This document shows positions 60,691-64,000 of a DNA stretch of 64,000 bases, in pieces. Made by a program: the position numbers and the translations under genes. The DNA is from Rhizaria sp. SCN 62-66. Taxonomy: Eukaryota. The stretch is taken from NCBI GenBank assembly GCA_001724265.1, contig MEDY01000164.1, forward strand, positions 1-64,000, in the 5' to 3' direction. Within the stretch, counting starts at the first letter, position 1, and the number at the start of each line of letters is the position of its first letter. The notes beneath the pieces were generated by a model, which was not told the DNA's origin, searched no databases, and worked only from the letters and a program-made list of their open reading frames with translations.

Positions 60691-61406
60691 TCTGCAAGGG
60701 TATTCGAGAGAGCATACGGTTGCGCGATAATAGAGTTGCAGATAGATTGAGTGAGATTTGGCTGAGCTAGAGAACGCGAAGGAGTTTGGGCGGCTCGGAG
60801 AAAGAGGCAATGTTTCTCAAGACTGCTTGGCATTCCAAACTTCTGATACATCAATGACAATTATAGAATTAGAGAGCCCACACTATACTAATGACAGCTT
60901 TGGTATCCACATTTACGTTGGCGGATTTTTCGTCGTGGTATGCTGTTGCAGAGATTGGGCGACGTGCCCTGGCTCGTCATCTCGGAGAGGGGCTGCGATA
61001 ATTTGTAAAGATATCACGCTAAAACAATTGCGGAACACGGACTTGGCCAAGCTTCAATGAATTAATTGAACCACGTGCGCTTTAAGCTATAAAATAGTTT
61101 ATTCTTGGTTTTTCAACGATTGGTCATTAGAAAACGCTTCAAAATAGTCAGTACATGTAAAAAGAAATCTTGACACATCACACAAGACAAAACAAGATCA
61201 TACGACAAAACAGCTACGTGGTTAAAAAAAAAAAACATAACACAACAAACAACACATGGCATTACATCAGCATCACATATATACAATGAATCAGACACGA
61301 TTACAAACCTGTCTCCTGTTGTCAGTCGCCGACCAGCAACAGCGACGTTAAAGCCATCACCTGACGTGCAAGCGACTGAGATGAGAGCAAGGCGAAGCGA
61401 CTTAGC

Positions 61407-63950
61407 TTAGTCCTTGCCGCCGAACATGAGGCGGAGCGCAACGACAAGGACGGCAAACAACAGCAAGGGAAACACCCACGCCGGCAGGGGCTCATCAGGC
61501 TTCTTGTCCTTCTCCTTCTTGGTTGCAGCAGGAGTGGCAGCGGCAGCAACAGCGGCAGGAGCGGCGGAGACGGCGGGGACGGCGCGAGCGCGCAGTTCGC
61601 TTTCCTTATTCTCATTCTCAGCCTTTTCAGCAGCAGCCTTAGCCTTGGCCTCGGCCTGAGCCCTTGCCTTCGCATCAGCCTCAGCCTCAGCAGCGGCGGC
61701 CGCGGCGGCAGCAGCCTCCTCATCAGCCTTGACCTTCGCTTGAGCAGCAGCCTTAGCGGCAGCGGCCTCGGCAGCAGCAGCAGTCTCCTCCTCAGCCTTC
61801 TTGACAGCAGCAGCAGCAGCCTCCTCCTCGGCCTTTGCCTTGGCAGCAGCCTCAGCCTCGGCCTCAGCAGCAGCCTTAGCAGCAATCGACTCCTCCTCAG
61901 CCTTCTTGGCGGCGGTGGCAGCCTCTGCCTCAGCCTGAGCCTTGGCAGCAGCCTCAGCAGCTGCCTTGGATTCGGCATCGGCCTCAGCGGCAAGACGAAC
62001 AGCCTCAGCCTCCTCCTCAGCCTTGATGCGGGCAGCTTCGGCAGCCGCCTCCTCCTCAGCCTTGATGCGAGCAGCTTCAGCAGCCGCCTCCTCAGCCTTC
62101 TTGGCGGCGGTGGCAGCCTCTGCCTCAGCCTGAGCCTTGGCAGCAGCCTCAGCAGCAGCCTTGGATTCGGCATCGGCCTCAGCGGCAAGACGAACAGCCT
62201 CAGCCTCCTCCTCAGCCTTGATGCGGGCAGCTTCGGCCGCCGCTGCCGCAGCAGCCTCCTCCTCAGCAATGAGTGCAGCCGCAGCCGCAGCCTCGGCCTT
62301 AGCAGCAGCCTCGGCAGCAGCCTCGGCAGCAGCCTCCTCTTCAGCCTTAGCAGCAGCCTCAGCAGCAGCAGCGGCAGCAGCAGCAGCGGCGGCGGCCTCA
62401 GCCTCAGCGTCGTCATTGCCGCTGGTCTCCTCAGCGTTGGCAGTGCTGATGCTGTCAAACGAGGCAGTCGTGGTAGCCTTGCGACGCATAGTGCCGAACT
62501 TAGGCTTCAGCGTGTGCTTAAGCACAGGCGCTGCGTTCTCAATCTCAGCCGCAACGTCCGCCGTCTCCACCGTATCCGCTGTCTCAGCAGCCTCGGCCTC
62601 GGCAATGCCGGCGGTCACGGTCTCCAACTCAACCTTGGCAGCCTCAGTTTCGCCGGTAGTAGCGTTAGCGGCCGCGGCGGCCTTAAGCTGATTGATCTGA
62701 GCTACGGTCAGACTGCCCGCGCCCGCGCCCGCGCCGCCGATTGCCGCGACGCCGATTGCGCCGATACCGGCAAGGCGGGAGGCGTCGAGCCTCTTCGGCT
62801 TGAGGCCACTGCTGGTGGTGTTCGCAGCCGTGACGGGGACCGGCTGCTCTTCGGAGTCGGCCTCGGGGAGGGTGCCCAGGGCTGGGGCGCCGGGGACTAT
62901 GCGGGAATCACTGTTGTTGAACGGGGTTGCGTTGCGATCGATGGAGAGACGGCCTGGCTGCTGCTTCTCAGAGCCAGCGGCGTTGTTGTTGCTGTTGTTG
63001 AGGAATGAAAGATCGCCGAGCTTGCCAGGAGTGCGCTTGACGTCGGAGCCGTCGTTGCCCTCAGCGTTTGTACTGTTGGTCAGGAAAGAAACATCGGTGA
63101 TCTTGCCAGGAGTGCGTTTGTTACTATCACTATCAGCGTTGCTGCTGTTGTTGCTGTTAGCAGTCAGGAATGACACGTCACCGATGCGGCCAACAGTGCG
63201 CTTGTTACTGTCACCGTCAGTGTTGTTGCTGCTAGCGTTGCTGTGCTGAAGGAATGACAGGTCACCAAGCTTGCCAGGCGTCCGCTTACTGCTAGCGCCG
63301 CCGCCCTCGCTATCGCTGTCTGCGCCGCCGGCGTTGGCAGCGGGCTTGGCCCCGCTCTTGGTCAGGAAAGCGAGCTTGTCCTCGGTGAACTTGTTCGCGC
63401 TGCTTGCGCTGCCGCTCGCGTTGTGGTTGTTACTGCTGCTTGGAGCTGGAGTGATCGCAGTCAGAAAGCCGAGCTTGTCGTCGCTGATCTTGCTAACGCT
63501 GCGGGAGCGGCTGGGCGTGGTGGCGAAGTGCGCAGAGTCGACGTCCGCACTCGCCGTCGCGCCTGGGGTTGTGAGGAAGCCAAGCTTGTCTTCGCTGATC
63601 TTACCAACGCTTTTCGGCTGCGGCTGCGGCGCGTCGCCGTCGTCGGTGCCCGCGGCGAGCCCCGCGGTGGAGATGGCGGCGCTGGCACTGCGGACGCGCC
63701 CCGTGGACGAGAAGATTGACGCGTCCGGCCCCGTAGGCAGCGCGATGCCGCGCGCAGTTAGGCTGGCGTCGTTGACCTCCTCGCCGTCGGGGAAAACGAG
63801 CTGGCCGACGTCGTTCAGGCGGATATCGTAGCCGCGGTAGCGGATGTCGAGAAGATCGTCATCGAGGCGGCCGGGTGTGATGCCTGGGCTGGGCTTGTAG
63901 GCCGAGTCGGCGCGCGCCTTGTCCAGCGCGGCGATGCGGTCCTTGATCGA
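61407..63950 (-). CDS. Last exon (847 aa) of a tail-anchored membrane protein with PGKL/DxSFL repeats and an Ala/Glu/Lys-rich helical stalk; 5' part lies beyond the window
   Basis: Acceptor TCTGCAG ends at 63951 after a pyrimidine-rich tract. The frame is open from 63950 to 61407 (TAA), extending the ORF-track call upstream (SIKDRIAALDK...). Single C-terminal TM segment WVFPLLLFAVLVVALRLMF followed by GGKD. Confidence 0.75.
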   Translation of the reverse strand, partial: SIKDRIAALDKARADSAYKPSPGITPGRLDDDLLDIRYRGYDIRLNDVGQLVFPDGEEVNDASLTARGIALPTGPDASIFSSTGRVRSASAAISTAGLAAGTDDGDAPQPQPKSVGKISEDKLGFLTTPGATASADVDSAHFATTPSRSRSVSKISDDKLGFLTAITPAPSSSNNHNASGSASSANKFTEDKLAFLTKSGAKPAANAGGADSDSEGGGASSKRTPGKLGDLSFLQHSNASSNNTDGDSNKRTVGRIGDVSFLTANSNNSSNADSDSNKRTPGKITDVSFLTNSTNAEGNDGSDVKRTPGKLGDLSFLNNSNNNAAGSEKQQPGRLSIDRNATPFNNSDSRIVPGAPALGTLPEADSEEQPVPVTAANTTSSGLKPKRLDASRLAGIGAIGVAAIGGAGAGAGSLTVAQINQLKAAAAANATTGETEAAKVELETVTAGIAEAEAAETADTVETADVAAEIENAAPVLKHTLKPKFGTMRRKATTTASFDSISTANAEETSGNDDAEAEAAAAAAAAAAAAEAAAKAEEEAAAEAAAEAAAKAEAAAAAALIAEEEAAAAAAAEAARIKAEEEAEAVRLAAEADAESKAAAEAAAKAQAEAEAATAAKKAEEAAAEAARIKAEEEAAAEAARIKAEEEAEAVRLAAEADAESKAAAEAAAKAQAEAEAATAAKKAEEESIAAKAAAEAEAEAAAKAKAEEEAAAAAVKKAEEETAAAAEAAAAKAAAQAKVKADEEAAAAAAAAAEAEADAKARAQAEAKAKAAAEKAENENKESELRARAVPAVSAAPAAVAAAATPAATKKEKDKKPDEPLPAWVFPLLLFAVLVVALRLMFGGKD
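61893..62237 (-). repeat. Near-identical internal duplication of ~150 bp with 195-bp (65-codon) period
   Basis: 61893-62042 matches 62088-62237 almost exactly; encodes two copies of EAARIKAEEEAEAVRLAAEADAESKAAAEAAAKAQAEAEAATAAKKAEE. Confidence 0.9.
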
Positions 63951-64000
63951 CTGCAGAGTACGTAGAACGAATGAGCAACAGGATAATAGTAAAAGTGAGT

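Noticed and set aside
628-61015. AGATAT/ATATCT as a promoter element (e.g. inverted pair 628-649, cluster 23243-23362, ATATCTCAGG at 643 and 29050)
   Set aside because: It also occurs in introns (10190, 39589, 40843, 59862), so it cannot be separated from AT-rich background by eye.
61322-63008. Alternative-frame ORFs of 378 aa (R/L/P-rich) and 422 aa (S/L-rich)
   Set aside because: Out-of-frame and antisense readings of the GCN/GAG-rich Ala-Glu repeat.
1-64000. Prokaryotic interpretation of the ORF track (GTG/TTG starts, operons) and ciliate-type TAR=Gln or TGA recoding
   Set aside because: Spliceosomal introns and eukaryote-specific genes are present; TAA and TGA both terminate conserved proteins at expected positions (dynein, HSP10, CEP104).

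Overview
Gene-dense nuclear DNA of a flagellated eukaryote (protist-like), with GC-rich exons and AT-rich spliceosomal GT-AG introns of 101-458 nt. I reconstructed 13 protein-coding genes by hand, and all spliced models stay in frame: UDP-sugar pyrophosphorylase (5' part), a TrmJ-like SPOUT methyltransferase, a giant ~3590-aa Sfi1-repeat protein, ALG9, a compact BAG6-like Ubl protein, a SPATA4/SPEF1-type CH-domain protein, HSP10, an LRRIQ3-like protein, an unknown protein, CEP104, an outer-arm beta-type axonemal dynein heavy chain, a secreted C45/dcd1-like Ntn hydrolase, and the last exon of a tail-anchored repeat protein. Main finding: TAG appears not to act as a stop codon. All three in-frame TAGs in the gene models (1364, 4922, 22358) lie inside apparently continuous coding sequence that ends later at TAA, and the other ten visible terminators are TAA or TGA. 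This suggests a variant nuclear code (UAG = sense, possibly Gln; UAA/UGA = stop) or efficient UAG readthrough. Secondary findings: two dispersed DNA motifs that recur regardless of reading frame (an 18-bp quasi-palindrome and GCTCACGGTCAC), a tight GTAYG splice donor, large low-complexity expansions of conserved enzymes, and a concentration of cilium/centriole genes. All homology calls come from motif recognition by eye, not database searches. No RNA genes, CRISPR arrays or transposons were recognised.
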